A stretch of DNA of 31,871 nt, from positions 1 through 31,871 of the forward strand of contig NIVC01004905.1 in NCBI GenBank assembly GCA_002269645.1, given 5' to 3'. Below the pieces are notes generated by a model, which saw only the letters and a list, made by a program, of their open reading frames with translations, was not told where the DNA came from and searched no databases. How positions within the stretch are numbered: the first letter of the stretch is position 1; each line of letters starts with the position of its first letter. The translations under genes and the position numbers were made by a program. Below, one piece after another: positions 1 through 12,605 of the stretch. The DNA comes from Macrostomum lignano (Eukaryota).

Positions 1-445
1 CTCTCCCTGTCTCTCTCCCTGTCTCTCTCTCTGTCTCTCTCCCTGTCTCTCTCCTGTCTCTCTCCCTGTCTATCTCCCTGTTCTCTCTCCTGTCTCTCTC
101 CCTGTCCCTCTCCCTGTCTCTCTCCCTGTCTCTCTCCCTGTCTCTCTCCCTGTCTCTCTCCCTGTCTCTCTCCCTGTCTCTCTCCCTGTCTCTCTCCTGT
201 CTCTCTCCCTGTCTCTCTCCCTGTCTCTCTCCCTGTCTCTCTCCCTGTCTCTCTCCTGCCTCTCCCTGTCTCTCTCCCTGCCTCTCTCCCTGCCTCTCCC
301 TGTCTCTCTCCCTGTCTCTCTTCCTGCTCTCTCTCCCTGTCTCTCTCCCTGTCTCTCTCCCTGTCTCTCCCTGTCTCTCCTGTCTCTCTTACTGCCTCTC
401 TCCCTGCCTCTCCCTGCCTCTCTCCCTGCCTCTCCCTGTCTGTCT
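1..445. repeat. Degenerate 12-bp simple repeat (CTCTCTCCCTGT)n, running off the window edge
   Basis: Directly visible reiteration of ctctctccctgt with unit-length slips. Confidence 0.95.
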
Positions 446-1086
446 CTTTCTCTATCTGTTTGTCTGTCTCGCCACGTGCCTCTCTCCCTGACAGTCTCTT
501 TCTTTTTCTGTCTCTTCTCGCCTTTTCTGATGCAAAGGTTTCATTTCATTAGGCTTTTTGGCTCGACTAATCACCGATTCAAATGAGTTTCGTGACTGAA
601 ATCAGCTTATGAAGAAAGTCTGTAGTCAATTTTTTGAGATTAAGATTTTTTTTGCGTTCGAATTTAGTTGCTAAGGCTATTCGAATGCGAGAAATAACTA
701 GTCGCAGAGTCGCCTCCAGATGCGTTCGAGTACTCTAGAATCACCTAGAGTAGATTGAGATAGGGGAGAACACTCATGGAATCCCGGGGATAAAAAATAA
801 ATTTCTGGTAGAATTCGAGTCTCAGTAGCAAGTTGGCTGCTGCGGGCTACAGCGGGCTCAGAGAAGCGGAGATGGAGTATACAGCGCGCGCTGCACAATC
901 AATGAGTCAATCAATCAATTTATCTGGCTTCCGAGCACCGAAAATAGAAAATTCAGAGAGACAGAAAGCGGGCTAGATCCATCCAGTGCAGGAGAGAAGA
1001 TCAAAGAGTAGGTAACTTCCTCAGCCACCACAGAGTATGCCGCAGTTCGAGGCGGGAGGGTCTTGGTGGGTATATTGCCCTAAAGC

Positions 1087-1436
<350 letters not shown>

Positions 1437-1916
1437 TTTAAAAGAGGTGGCCATCTAAAAGGCAACAGTCAGTAAGCAGAGGCAATGGGTAGCGGCCACC
1501 GAGACAAACCCGCAGGCACTGAGGTAGCCGGCTCCCGTGGGCAGAGGGCGGTCTATCTCTCTAGCCCTGCTCCGATGCGCGGCTGGGCACTAAAATGCCA
1601 ACCCTCTGTCCACCCCCCAAACGGTAGTCGACTCCAGTTGATAAATAATTAAAGAGAAGCAGGAGGGCAACGCGGCCTGTCCGGCTCCTCGGATTGGGGT
1701 GTGGGTGGATCAAGGCAGCTGGGTTGAGCCCCTCCCCGCCCGCCTCCCTACTGATAGATTGCTACCACAGACATTGCAGTTGAGCAGGTTCTGTGCCGGT
1801 ATATAGTCCATGCTGGCGCATGGGTGCATTGTTATGCCAGCTCTATAGAGAGGCATACACCAATGCTCAGGGTTCCAAGCTTTCAGTTTAACAGGGGCAT
1901 TAAGCTCAATTCGCTA

Positions 1917-1940
1917 AGAGAGAGAGAGAGAGAGAGAGAG
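1917..1940. repeat. (AG)12 microsatellite
   Basis: Directly visible. Confidence 0.95.
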
Positions 1941-2094
1941 TGGGAAGTCGGCGCCGTATTGTCAAAAAATATTGTGAAAAATTGACTTTTAACAATGGTC
2001 CATAAATCTTCTTTGTTTGGCTACTTTTAGAATTTTCATCGCGCTTTTCTTGTCTGAATTGGTTTCCAGCAAGCTGGTTTTGTGAGTCTGAGGG

Positions 2095-2640
2095 GTCTGG
2101 TCACTCCGCCAGCTTTCAGAATACTCTCTCTGGTCACTCCGCCAGCTTTCAGAATACTTTCTCTGGTCACTCCGACTCTCTCTCTGGTCACTCCGCCAGC
2201 TTTCAGAATACTCTCTCTCTGGTCACTCCGACTCTCTCTGGTCACTCCGCCAGCTTTCAGAATACTCTCTCTGGTCACTCTGACTCTCTCTGGTCACTCC
2301 GCCAGCTTTCAGAATACTCTCTCTGGTCACTCCGACTCTCTTTGGTCACTCCGAGTCTTTCTTTGGTCACCCCGATTTTATCTGGTCACTCCGACTCTCT
2401 CTGGTCACCCCGATTCTCTCTGGTCACTCCGACTCTCTCTGGTCACTTCGACTCTCTCTGGTCACTTCGACTCTCTCTGGTCACCCTGATTCTCTCTGGT
2501 CACCCCGATTCTCTCTGGTCACCCCGATTCTCTCTGGTCACTCCGATTCTCTCTGGTCACCCCGATTCTCTCTGGTCACCCAGATTCTCTCTGGTCACTC
2601 AGATTCTCTCTGGTCACTCCGATTCCCTCTGGTCACTCCA
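2095..2640. repeat. Compound minisatellite: 33-bp unit CTGGTCACTCCGCCAGCTTTCAGAATACTCTCT grading into a ~19-21-bp unit CTCTCTCTGGTCACTCCGA
   Basis: Head-to-tail units without spacers; the 11-aa periodicity (SLVTPPAFRIL) in the ORF track confirms the 33-nt period. Confidence 0.92.
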
Positions 2641-2655
2641 AATAATCACCCTAAG

Positions 2656-3111
2656 CACACTGATGTTTCACTCAATAACCACTTTGATCACACTAATGTT
2701 TCACTCAATAGCCACTTTGATCACACTAATGATTCACTCAATAGCCACTTTGATCACACTATTGATTCACTTAATAGCCACTTTGATCACACTAATGATT
2801 CACTCAATAGCCACTTTGATCACACTATTGATTCACTCAATAGCAACTTTGATCACACTATTGATTCACTCAATAGCAACTTTGATCACACTAATGATTC
2901 ACTCAATAGCCACTTTGGTCACACTAATGATTCACTTAATAGCCACTTTGATCACACTATTGATTCACTCAATAGCCACTTTGATCACACCAATGATTCA
3001 CTTAATAGCCACTTTGATCACACTATTGATTCACTCAATAGCCACTTTGATCACACTAATGTTTCACTCAATAGCCACTTTGATCACACCAATGATTCAC
3101 TCAATAGCCAC
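2656..3111. repeat. 33-bp minisatellite (CACTCAATAGCCACTTTGATCACACTAATGATT), about 14 copies
   Basis: Tandem units; 11-aa periodicity LITLMIHSIAT. Confidence 0.95.
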
Positions 3112-3770
3112 AAATTTTAAGCTAAAAATTTCTTTCAATTTGATAACAAGCACAAAAAAACAGTTACCTGTCACTGAAATGCTATCCACCTATATTAGCC
3201 TCGATCAGTTCATGCTGATTAACAAAATCAAGCGATCACCAAGACCAATAATATGTCATTAATTTTTTCTCAATTGAGACTTCATGGACGATTATCTAAT
3301 CCGCTGCCAAGTCCTTGACGCTGAATGATAAACTGATGAGACTGAAACCACTCTGCTTCTGACTATCTGTAAAATTATAGCTGCTTTTTCAACCCAGAAA
3401 CCAATCAGATGGTCTCGACCAATCAGGGTTGAGCCAGTTTCTGTAAGGTTGGCTGACGAAAAAAACGCAACGAAAAGCCGATCCCATTGAACCGCTGTTC
3501 AGATTTATTGGTACGCTAACTTGTCATTTACTCGTAGGAATAGATGTCAATTAATATTATTAATAACCTTGAAACACTCCTCGATCTGGGCGTGATTTTT
3601 GGTCTCTCTGTTTGTGAGAATTGACCTTGAATCACGTGATCACTGTGTGTCTTTCGCCTCACACCGTGTGGAAAGTGACCTTGAATCACGTGATTTGGTG
3701 TGCAGCTGGTATATCTTTTCACTATCTAAATATATACATTGTGCCCATCTCTCCCTTTTTTGTCTTTCGA

Positions 3771-4604
<834 letters not shown>

Positions 4605-5029
4605 CATCTCGCCAATAGCAAATTAAATATTTGTCGCAGAAAACTGCAATTTTGTTGCTCATGCATGAGCTCTTTCGTTCCGAGTAAAAATTAAATTATC
4701 ACACTCCAGTGAAAGCAAAAAAAACTAAAATATTGGAACAAGGTACGTGCTAGAAGCGCAATGAGACATGATTGATGAATGAATGTCAAATTAGGAAAAA
4801 CAAAAGTTACTACTAATTGCATAATATAAATTGGGTCAAATTGAAAAAAATGAAAACCATCACGGAAGGTCATTGAACCTCCAGCTTGAAGGTGTCTGTT
4901 TCCATTTTTAATCTAATCTAATTTTGCCTGAACTTGCTGCTTTTTTTCTTCAGAATGGTTATAGAGTCTGGTTATAAGATTTTTCTTGGTGCCTTTATCC
5001 TATCTCATCATGGAAACTCTTGTCGGGTC

Positions 5030-5175
5030 ACGGAGATCCCTGTTTGGTCATAAGATCCCATGTCTGATCATAGTGATCCTTGTCTAGTCATAGTGATCCC
5101 TATCTGATCATAATGATTCCTGTATTTGTTCATATTGATCCTTGTCTGGTCATAGAGATGGTCATATAATCCTGG
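5030..5175. repeat. Degenerate ~21-bp tandem repeat (GATCC-TGTCTGGTCATAG-like)
   Basis: Recurrent gatcc...tgtctg(g/a)tcata words; units are poorly conserved. Confidence 0.6.
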
Positions 5176-5640
5176 TCAAAGAGACTCTGCTCTATAATCT
5201 CACCAGAACTTTTTTACGCACTCACAAGGTGCATTTCCGCAATTTAATTTTTTGAAAAAAAGGGACGCTTCATTAGAAAAAGGACATGGAATATAATTTG
5301 CTCTGGCAATGGCAGGATTTCCTCTGCTAATTTCTGGGGATTTAGGGAATTTTCTCTGTCCTATTCCTTCCTTGGAGACGGGCCCTAGCTTATAAGCCGA
5401 TTTTAAACTGATTAAGCTGTTCCAAAACTGCCAAACAGACAGACGCCTGCTTCTCAATGCGGAATTTGAGTCCACTTTTTAGGACTATTCGGACCAGATT
5501 AAAAGGGCTTCTTCCTTCTCTGGGGGGGGATTTCCATGACGAATTTGGAGTCTGGAAGTTTTAGGAATCTCTCTTTGGAACTTTTCTAAATTAATCTATC
5601 TGACAGCTCTTTGCCGCTGTCGCGTAGAGTTCAAGGACCA

Positions 5641-6344
5641 CCCTATCTGGTCATTGACTATCTGATCATAGGGTCTGACCTCCCCATCTGGTCATTGACT
5701 ATCTGATCATAGGCTCTGACCTCCCCATCTGGTCATTGACTATCTGATCATAGAGTCTGACCTCCCTATCTGGTCATTGACTATCTGATCATAGGGTCTG
5801 ACCTCCCCATCTGGTCATTGACTATCTGATCATAGCTAGGCTCTCACCTCCCCATCTGGTCATTGACTATCTGATCATAGGGTCTGACCTCCCTATCTGG
5901 TCATTGACTATCTGATCATAGGCTTTGACTTCCCCATCTGGTCATTGACTATCTGATCATAGGTTTGACCTCCCCATCTGGTCATTGACTATCTGATCAT
6001 AGGGTCTGACCTCCCCATCTGGTCATTGACTATCTGATCATAGCTAGGCTCTGACCTCCCCATCTGGTCATTGACTATCTGAACATAGGCTCTGACTCCC
6101 CATCTGGTCATTGACTATGTGATCATAGCTAGGCTCTGACCTCCCCATCTGGTCATTGACTATCTGATCATAGGGTCTGACCTCCCCATCTGGTCATTGA
6201 CTATCTGATCATAGCTAGGCTCTGACCTCCCCATCTGGTCATTGACTATCTGAACATAGGCTCTGACCTCCCATCTGGTCATTGACTATGTGATCATAGC
6301 TAGGCTCTGACCTCCCCATCTGGTCATTGACTATCTGATCATAG
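5641..6344. repeat. 41/45-bp minisatellite (CCCATCTGGTCATTGACTATCTGATCATAGGGTCTGACCTC), about 17 copies
   Basis: Period of 41 measured from 5645 to 5686; 45-bp variants carry an extra CTAG. Confidence 0.95.
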
Positions 6345-8505
6345 GGGTTTCCTACTGTTGTAATTCAATGCATACAAACTGATCTTAAATAACGTATATA
6401 AAGTTATTTTCGTTACGTGTCGGCAACAACAACAAATCAAGTGCCGCATCAAGTGCCGTTCAAGTTCAGTGCCACACGCTATCGGCTTCTCTGCCCACTG
6501 ACTGACAGAAGATTAACAAGTTTCTTCATTTCCTTCTGCAACAACAAGCATCGATGGCACGCGGAAGAAATTCTCAGATCTGAGAAATCAAGAGAATTCT
6601 TCCCGAAAGCAGAAAAGAGAAATATTTCCCTTCTTAAGACAAGGATCGGGAGAGTTATCCTGTTGTACTATACAAGTGTGGGGGGATTAACAAGAATCGG
6701 AAGAGAAAGAGGAGAAAAAGGGATTAACAATCTGGCAGAGATAGATAGATAGATAGGCGTAAAGTAAAGCTAACCAACTCCGAATGCATTTCTTAATCTC
6801 GCAGCATCCACGGTTTTTGGCTTTTGACAGTATTGGATTAGATCGAGTGGGTTGAGCTTGCATGGATATATACATGTAGTTAAAGCAGACTTTCGAGGGT
6901 GAGCTATTGGATATCGGCTATTGGATAATTTCACTCGCTCTTAAAATCGACGCGTGCTGTTCTGCAGTTGCTCTTGGGTCGGATTGTTGATTGGGGAACG
7001 ACCCCTTGCAAATCTGTGAAATATTCTTTCAGAAAAATTAGTTCCCATCAGTTGAGTCGGATTGCAGGTCCCCAAAGAGAATTTTTTAACTGATTGCTTT
7101 GACATACGCGCATAGTTTGTAAAAAGTTGCGCCGAGATTTTCAGTTCAGTTCGTTTACGAGAATTTTCATCCGATTTCATTGCCTATTAGACTGCAGAGA
7201 TGATAAAAAGAGTAAAAATGCTTTTTGTACTGCTTACAAAGAATAGTAGCAGCTGATTTTCGTCTATACATACAGCGAGGAAGCCAATCTCGACGGCTGT
7301 GAATGGAGAACGCGAAGTTCGCGAACTTAAAGTTGCAACGTTTGCAAACAATTGGTACAGCTGTAACCTACAATGTAACTACTCGTAACTCTGCAAAATG
7401 TTATAGTAATTCCACCCCGAAACCATGAGGCAAACTTTTCCCAAATCTTCATGCAGCCCCAGAAGTGACGCAATTCAGACCAACGCCAGAGGTTCTCGCA
7501 AGGACGCTGGCGTAAAAATACTAAATACTACTAAATACTAACTTACGCCACGTTAATGGTTGGAAATTCTAGAAAAGACCGGCCCTTGCTTTAGCTAAAT
7601 TAAATGTATATGTGATGGCAATGAAGCCTTTTCGATCAAATAAAGAAGTAAATGTTTAATAATTGTTGTTGTTACTCGTATGAATAGTCCTTTGGGTTCT
7701 CGTCTACTGCGGGTGATGCAAGTGCAAAGCAAGTTTGATATTTGGTGACGATGCATGCACCTGTTTCGGTGTGGAAATTCTAACATATTGCTGAGTGTAT
7801 ATGCCCTGCATAGATCGAGTGCTACTATATCGCGTCGTGATACAGTATTACGTCCATTGTGAGATCTACATTTAACCACTTCTGCCCCTCAAGCCTATGC
7901 ACTCTCTCTGAGAAAAACCGTTGGCTGCAGAGCAGCCATAGACATCTGCATCTACCCACAAGCAGCCACAGCATTCACTCTTTGAAAATCCGCTGGCTGC
8001 AGAGTAGCCATAGATTCACTAAAGAGCTGTGTAATATGGGTGCTGTTTTTTATGGCTGCTCTGCAAGCCACAAAAGTGTTTTCTCAGAGTGAGTGGCAGG
8101 GTGCCGCTGGTGCTGGTCATAGACAGCTGTGGCTGCGGGCATTCAGCAGATGGCAGATGGCTGCAGAGCAGCCAGCGGGTTTGAAGGTGTTAATTAGAGC
8201 ACTGCCAGTATATGTACTGAAGACTTTATTCCTCTTATTCATATGTGGATTCATCATTCATACATACATTCATACATTCATATATGTACAATAAACTCTC
8301 AGTATGCATCTCAAAACTACTCAATTCTTCACAAAACCAATTATTCAACTGCGGAAAACCCTAATTATTAGCTTACTAGAATCTGACCGAAATATGAATA
8401 CTCGAAAAATTTAATCCTTACAAACTACGTTATAAATCTTATTAAAGCTCAATCTTTCTACAGGCACATATGCATACAAAATGCATGTGGTACATGTAGA
8501 TTGTC

Positions 8506-8554
8506 TACTTTGTGCCTGTGGGCCTTGTCTGAGCAGGCCCACAGGCACAAAGTA
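8506..8554. other. Perfect 20-bp inverted repeat with a 9-nt loop
   Basis: 8506-8525 TACTTTGTGCCTGTGGGCCT is the exact reverse complement of 8535-8554 AGGCCCACAGGCACAAAGTA. Confidence 0.9.
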
Positions 8555-9376
8555 ATGCGTTATTAATTGGTCTATTGCAAAAAAGATGTTTTTCCATACT
8601 CATGTTTTCCTTGTTTTATGCAACATACGTGTATTTAAACTTTTTTTCAATATGCAATATTCAATATTTAATAGAATTTTTATTTAAAAAGCAATTAACA
8701 TTATTCGTTTTGCTATGTTCGTAAAGCAAGAGAGCGTTTTTGTTTATATGTAGGCTTGTTGTTTTGATTTGTCAGTTTCTATGAACGCCAGAAACGCCAG
8801 AAAGTAAGGGTTAAAACGCGAAGCGAAGGCCACCCACTCGTCGACCAGACGTCAATATGAGAGATTGCGTTAACGCAAGCTTGCTAACACCAAACCTGAC
8901 CAATAAAAAACGTGCAATGTATCACAACTGCGCACTTATTTCATCAGACTTCTAGTCAGTTGCGTGTCTGTTTGATTAGGCTACCAGTTTATGCTTTTAT
9001 ATAGGCCTAATACAGCTAATAATAGCATTTCAATCAGGGTGTTTTTGCGATTTATGGCATATGCCATTCTATATATATTTGGGTAGTTTATTGGCTATCT
9101 TACTTTGTCACTTTCTCACTCACTTTATATCTTACTGTGACTTCATAAGTGATATAAATTACTGTATAAATTGTTATTGGTAAAAAATTTTACAGAACCA
9201 AATTAGGCTACTTTATATTTTTCTATACTTTAATTTGAAAAATTGATTCAAAATTCAAAACTACTCAGCAATTGTCAAACAAATTCCAATCAAGTACTTG
9301 ACATTAATTTTTACTTGTCCAAAATCAAAGCTTCATTGAACTATAGGCCCTAACTTTCAATTTTAATAGTCAAATG

Positions 9377-9967
9377 CCATAGTCTGGATCATGCTGGACT
9401 TATGCCGGAGGAAAAATCCAACATTTTTTGGCACTTATGCCAGACTTACGCCAACCAAAAAAGTCCCTCTGACTTACGCCACCCAAAAAAGGTCCCTCAC
9501 AATTCTTGTGAATAGAATAAAATAGAATAGAATAGATGATTTACAATTAATCGTGATTAATTAACTTCAGAAGTTGCAACTGCTTAAAAATCTCACAAGT
9601 TGCAAATTCTGAATCAAGAATCAAAGTAAGCATCTTGAAGCTAAAAAAACTTTTGCTATCCTACAATAGATATTCTGCTATCTCATTTATACAAACTGCA
9701 ATATTTTAATGAACTTTGTTTTAATGCTGCTCTTTAACATCATAATTAATGCAAATGTGTAATGTTCTATAGTGATACATTTGATCGTGAATGATCTCAT
9801 TTGTGCCAACATTTATACCACTTGATTTATGCCATGTACTTATGCCAAGCACTTATGCCAAGGCACATTTTGGCCTATACTTACGCCAAGCACTTACGCC
9901 AGCCTCCGATCCCAAACCAGATTTACGCCGGAGATCTCTAGCATAAATGACATGATCCGGACTATGG
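9377..9967. mobile_element. Non-autonomous DNA transposon (MITE), 591 bp, 17-bp TIR, 8-bp TSD
   Basis: TIRs CCATAGTCTGGATCATG / CATGATCCGGACTATGG (16/17). TSD GTCAAATG at 9369-9376 and 9968-9975. Clusters of CTTA(C/T)GCCA near both ends; AT-rich non-coding interior. Confidence 0.88.
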
Positions 9968-10115
9968 GTCAAATGTAAAAGAGCAATCAGCAATGTAGCA
10001 TAAAACTAACAATAATAGGGCCTACTAATACTAAGGCCTAATATATTTAGCATTGTCAATACTGGAGATGAGAGAGATTTTGTGATTTTTAGTTCAATAG
10101 GAATAGAAACAATAT

Positions 10116-11165
10116 TGAGGTAGGGCGAAGGAAGTTTTTAGGGAGATTTGGTAGTTGGTAGGATTGTCCGGTGGTCGCTAGATTTAATGTCGAGTATGAA
10201 CGGCTCAGGCCTTCGAATTGGCGCCGTCGTTAATTCGCACAGATTAAATCCGGAAAATTTGTGTGGACGAATCCCAGTTAAAATGTCTCATAGTCCAGAT
10301 ACTCCGACTGCCGGGGTCCTCAATCCCGGGGGGAGGGTAGTTTTAGTCGTAGGTGAGCAGTCTTCGTTGGCGCGAGCATTCAGAGCAGGTCCTCAGACAC
10401 CGAATTTATCGTATCTCGTATGTTTGACTTAACTTGTTACTAACAGTAGAGTAGCGCTGCCACCACCATAATTCGCATATTATGGAACGTTAGGGTCTCA
10501 GAGCTTGCTTCAAGATGAGACTAGGTTGTTTTATGCCCCACAGGCAAATGACTCAAAATAAGCTAGGCTTCGGGTTATTAATGAGAAAATTAATGTTAGA
10601 TCAACTGTTTTATTAAAAGTTCAGCGACAAGATACTAAGTTAATAAGTTCAACGGAGAAAATAGCTTGGCGTGTGTGCAAAATCAACTAAGAGTAGCAAA
10701 TAGTAGAGGGGACCGAACCCTACTCCGGCAGATGATTGGCTGGTGCCACAGTGCACGACTGGATAAAATAAACGACTTAATGCTAGTTGTAAATAAGTTG
10801 GGCAGATTAGAGATTGAAAATGCAAAAGATGGACAAATGGGGTCAAACATTGGTGGCAAAAGGTGGTCACGGGGTCCAAGCAACGAACAGACAAAATTAA
10901 CAAGGAAAGATAGGCCAATAAACAAAGTTTCCAAAGGAGGGACACAAAAGACCAGAAAAAGGAGTGGGAAAACCATCGCAAGAATGGGGAAAACTGACGG
11001 AATAAACCAACAACTGGGGCACAGGGTGGACACAGAGGACCAAAAACTGGAGACAGCGGGAATGGGTCAAAAGGTGGTTTAATAAGTCACATAAAATAAT
11101 ATTAAATTTAGAAACTAAAATAATAAAGTTCATTAGATTGTTAGTGGCAGCCCCCAACTGCCACA
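10116..11165 (-). repeat. 3' LTR (1050 bp); lacks a 134-bp TATA-containing segment present in the 5' LTR
   Basis: Colinear with 25081-26394; roughly 6-7% substitutions by eye over the first 450 bp; deletion junction at 10809/10810; AATAAA on the minus strand at 10609-10614. Confidence 0.93.
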
Positions 11166-11213
11166 GTCTCGGGGGAGCCGTACCTTTTTCAAAATCTTCG
11201 GACCTCCCGGTCC

Positions 11214-11861
11214 TCATTGGTAGCATCCTTGATGGGCGACGGCGCGTCCTCCGCGATTGGCTGGCCGGGTGCCACGGGGCGGGCCTCCGTTCGCAGCAGC
11301 CAAGTCGGCAGTCGGCAGGGCCGGGGCCAGCTGCGCACTGTTCGAGGCCAAGGTCGATGGGGCTGGGCGCAACGGCCAGCCCACAAGCTGCACTTGGCCA
11401 TCGACGTACAGCAGTCGCTCAGAGCGCTTGGCCACAGCCACGTCCCAAAAGATACATAGACGGGGAATACATCCGTTGGCGAGATGGCCTGCCTCCCAAT
11501 AGCCAATGGCTAGAAAGAGTGCCAGGGCCGGACGCTGGGTTCCTCCGCACTGTAACAAGCAGATCTCGGCTTGGCGCAGTTGTTCATCAAGCAGATCGTG
11601 GGTGTGCTTGGGCCGCATCAGCTTCAGTAAGATGTGCCAGGGTGCGTCAAGCTGAATTCGCCCTTGCCGGGACGACTGTCTCCGGGCTTCATCGAGTTCT
11701 GTTTTTAGCCATTGACAGATGGGAGCTGCGCCAGTCAGAGTGGCTGATAAAGTCCGCAGCTCCTTGGGTTCTCCTATGCAGAGCCAGGGTGCTTGAGCAG
11801 ATGGGGGTTCGGGTGCCGGCGTCGGGTGGCTAGCAGCTCCCAGGTTGGCGTTGTTGTTCAT
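11214..11861 (-). CDS. ORF-X: 215-aa protein of unknown function at the env/ORF3 position of the Gypsy element
   Basis: ATG-to-TGA ORF, sense to pol, ending 48 nt before the 3' LTR; GC-rich island between AT-rich flanks; globular-looking core at about aa 25-165. No family recognised. Confidence 0.6.
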   Translation of the reverse strand: MNNNANLGAASHPTPAPEPPSAQAPWLCIGEPKELRTLSATLTGAAPICQWLKTELDEARRQSSRQGRIQLDAPWHILLKLMRPKHTHDLLDEQLRQAEICLLQCGGTQRPALALFLAIGYWEAGHLANGCIPRLCIFWDVAVAKRSERLLYVDGQVQLVGWPLRPAPSTLASNSAQLAPALPTADLAAANGGPPRGTRPANRGGRAVAHQGCYQ

Positions 11862-12005
11862 ATTGATAGCAGACTTGCAGCTGATAGTCGGCAGATAAAT
11901 AAGCAGTGGATAATAAGCAAAAGGGATTAATATACAATAGGGATATTTATGTACAAAGAGTTTGCAATTTATAGCGAAACAAATGAAAATAGCTTAGAAA
12001 TTGTC

Positions 12006-12557
12006 TAAAAGTTCAGCGACAAGATACTAAGTTAATAAGTTCAACGGAGAAAATAGCTTGGCGTGTGTGCAAAATCAACTAAGAGTAGCAAATAGTAGAG
12101 GGGACCGAACCCTACTCCGGCAGATGATTGGCTGGTGCCGCAGTGCACGACTGGATAAAATAAACGACTTAATGCTAGTTGTAAATAAGTTGGGCAGATT
12201 AGAGATTGAAAATGCAAAAGATGGACAAATGGGGTCAAACATTGGTGGCAAAAGGTGGTCACGGGGTCCAAGCAACGAACAGACAAAATTAACAAGGAAA
12301 GATAGGCCAATAAACAAAGTTTCCAAAGGAGGGACACAAAAGACCAGAAAAAGGAGTGGGAAAACCATCGCAAGAATGGGGAAAACTGACAGAATAAACC
12401 AACAACTGGGGCACAGGGTGGACACAGAGGACCAAAAACTGGAGACAGCGGGAATGGGTCAAAAGGTGGTTTAATAAGTCACATAAAATAATATTAAATT
12501 TAGAAACTAAAATAATAAAGTTCATTAGATTGTTAGTGGCAGCCCCCAACTGCCACA
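12006..12557 (-). repeat. Partial extra LTR copy (U3-R part) created by the tandem duplication
   Basis: Matches 10614-11165 with 2 substitutions and shares the 134-bp deletion. Confidence 0.9.
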
Positions 12558-12605
12558 GTCTCGGGGGAGCCGTACCTTTTTCAAAATCTTCGGACCTCCC
12601 GGTCC

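Noticed and set aside
5641-6344. CRISPR-like appearance of the 33-45-bp arrays (also 2656-3111, 29196-30012)
   Set aside because: Units are contiguous with no unique spacers, there are no cas genes, and the context is eukaryotic.
6417-7350. ORFs 6417..6752 and 6941..7180 as transposon or host genes
   Set aside because: No domain motifs or consistent splice signals recognised.
7508-7550. TGGCGTAA...TTACGCCA inverted 8-mer matching the MITE subterminal motif
   Set aside because: Too short, and no TIR or TSD nearby to define an element.
10148-11226. Short ORFs within the LTRs (and their copies at 12041-12618, 25113-26411)
   Set aside because: Mostly non-ATG starts; not preserved between the LTRs; reflect purine/pyrimidine strand skew.
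11138-11833. 231-aa plus-strand ORF, open in both duplicated units
   Set aside because: TTG start inside the LTR and Arg/Ala/Gly/Ser composition typical of the antisense shadow of a GC-rich ORF; not excluded absolutely.
11214-11861. ORF-X as an envelope protein
   Set aside because: Too short; no signal peptide, furin site or transmembrane anchor.
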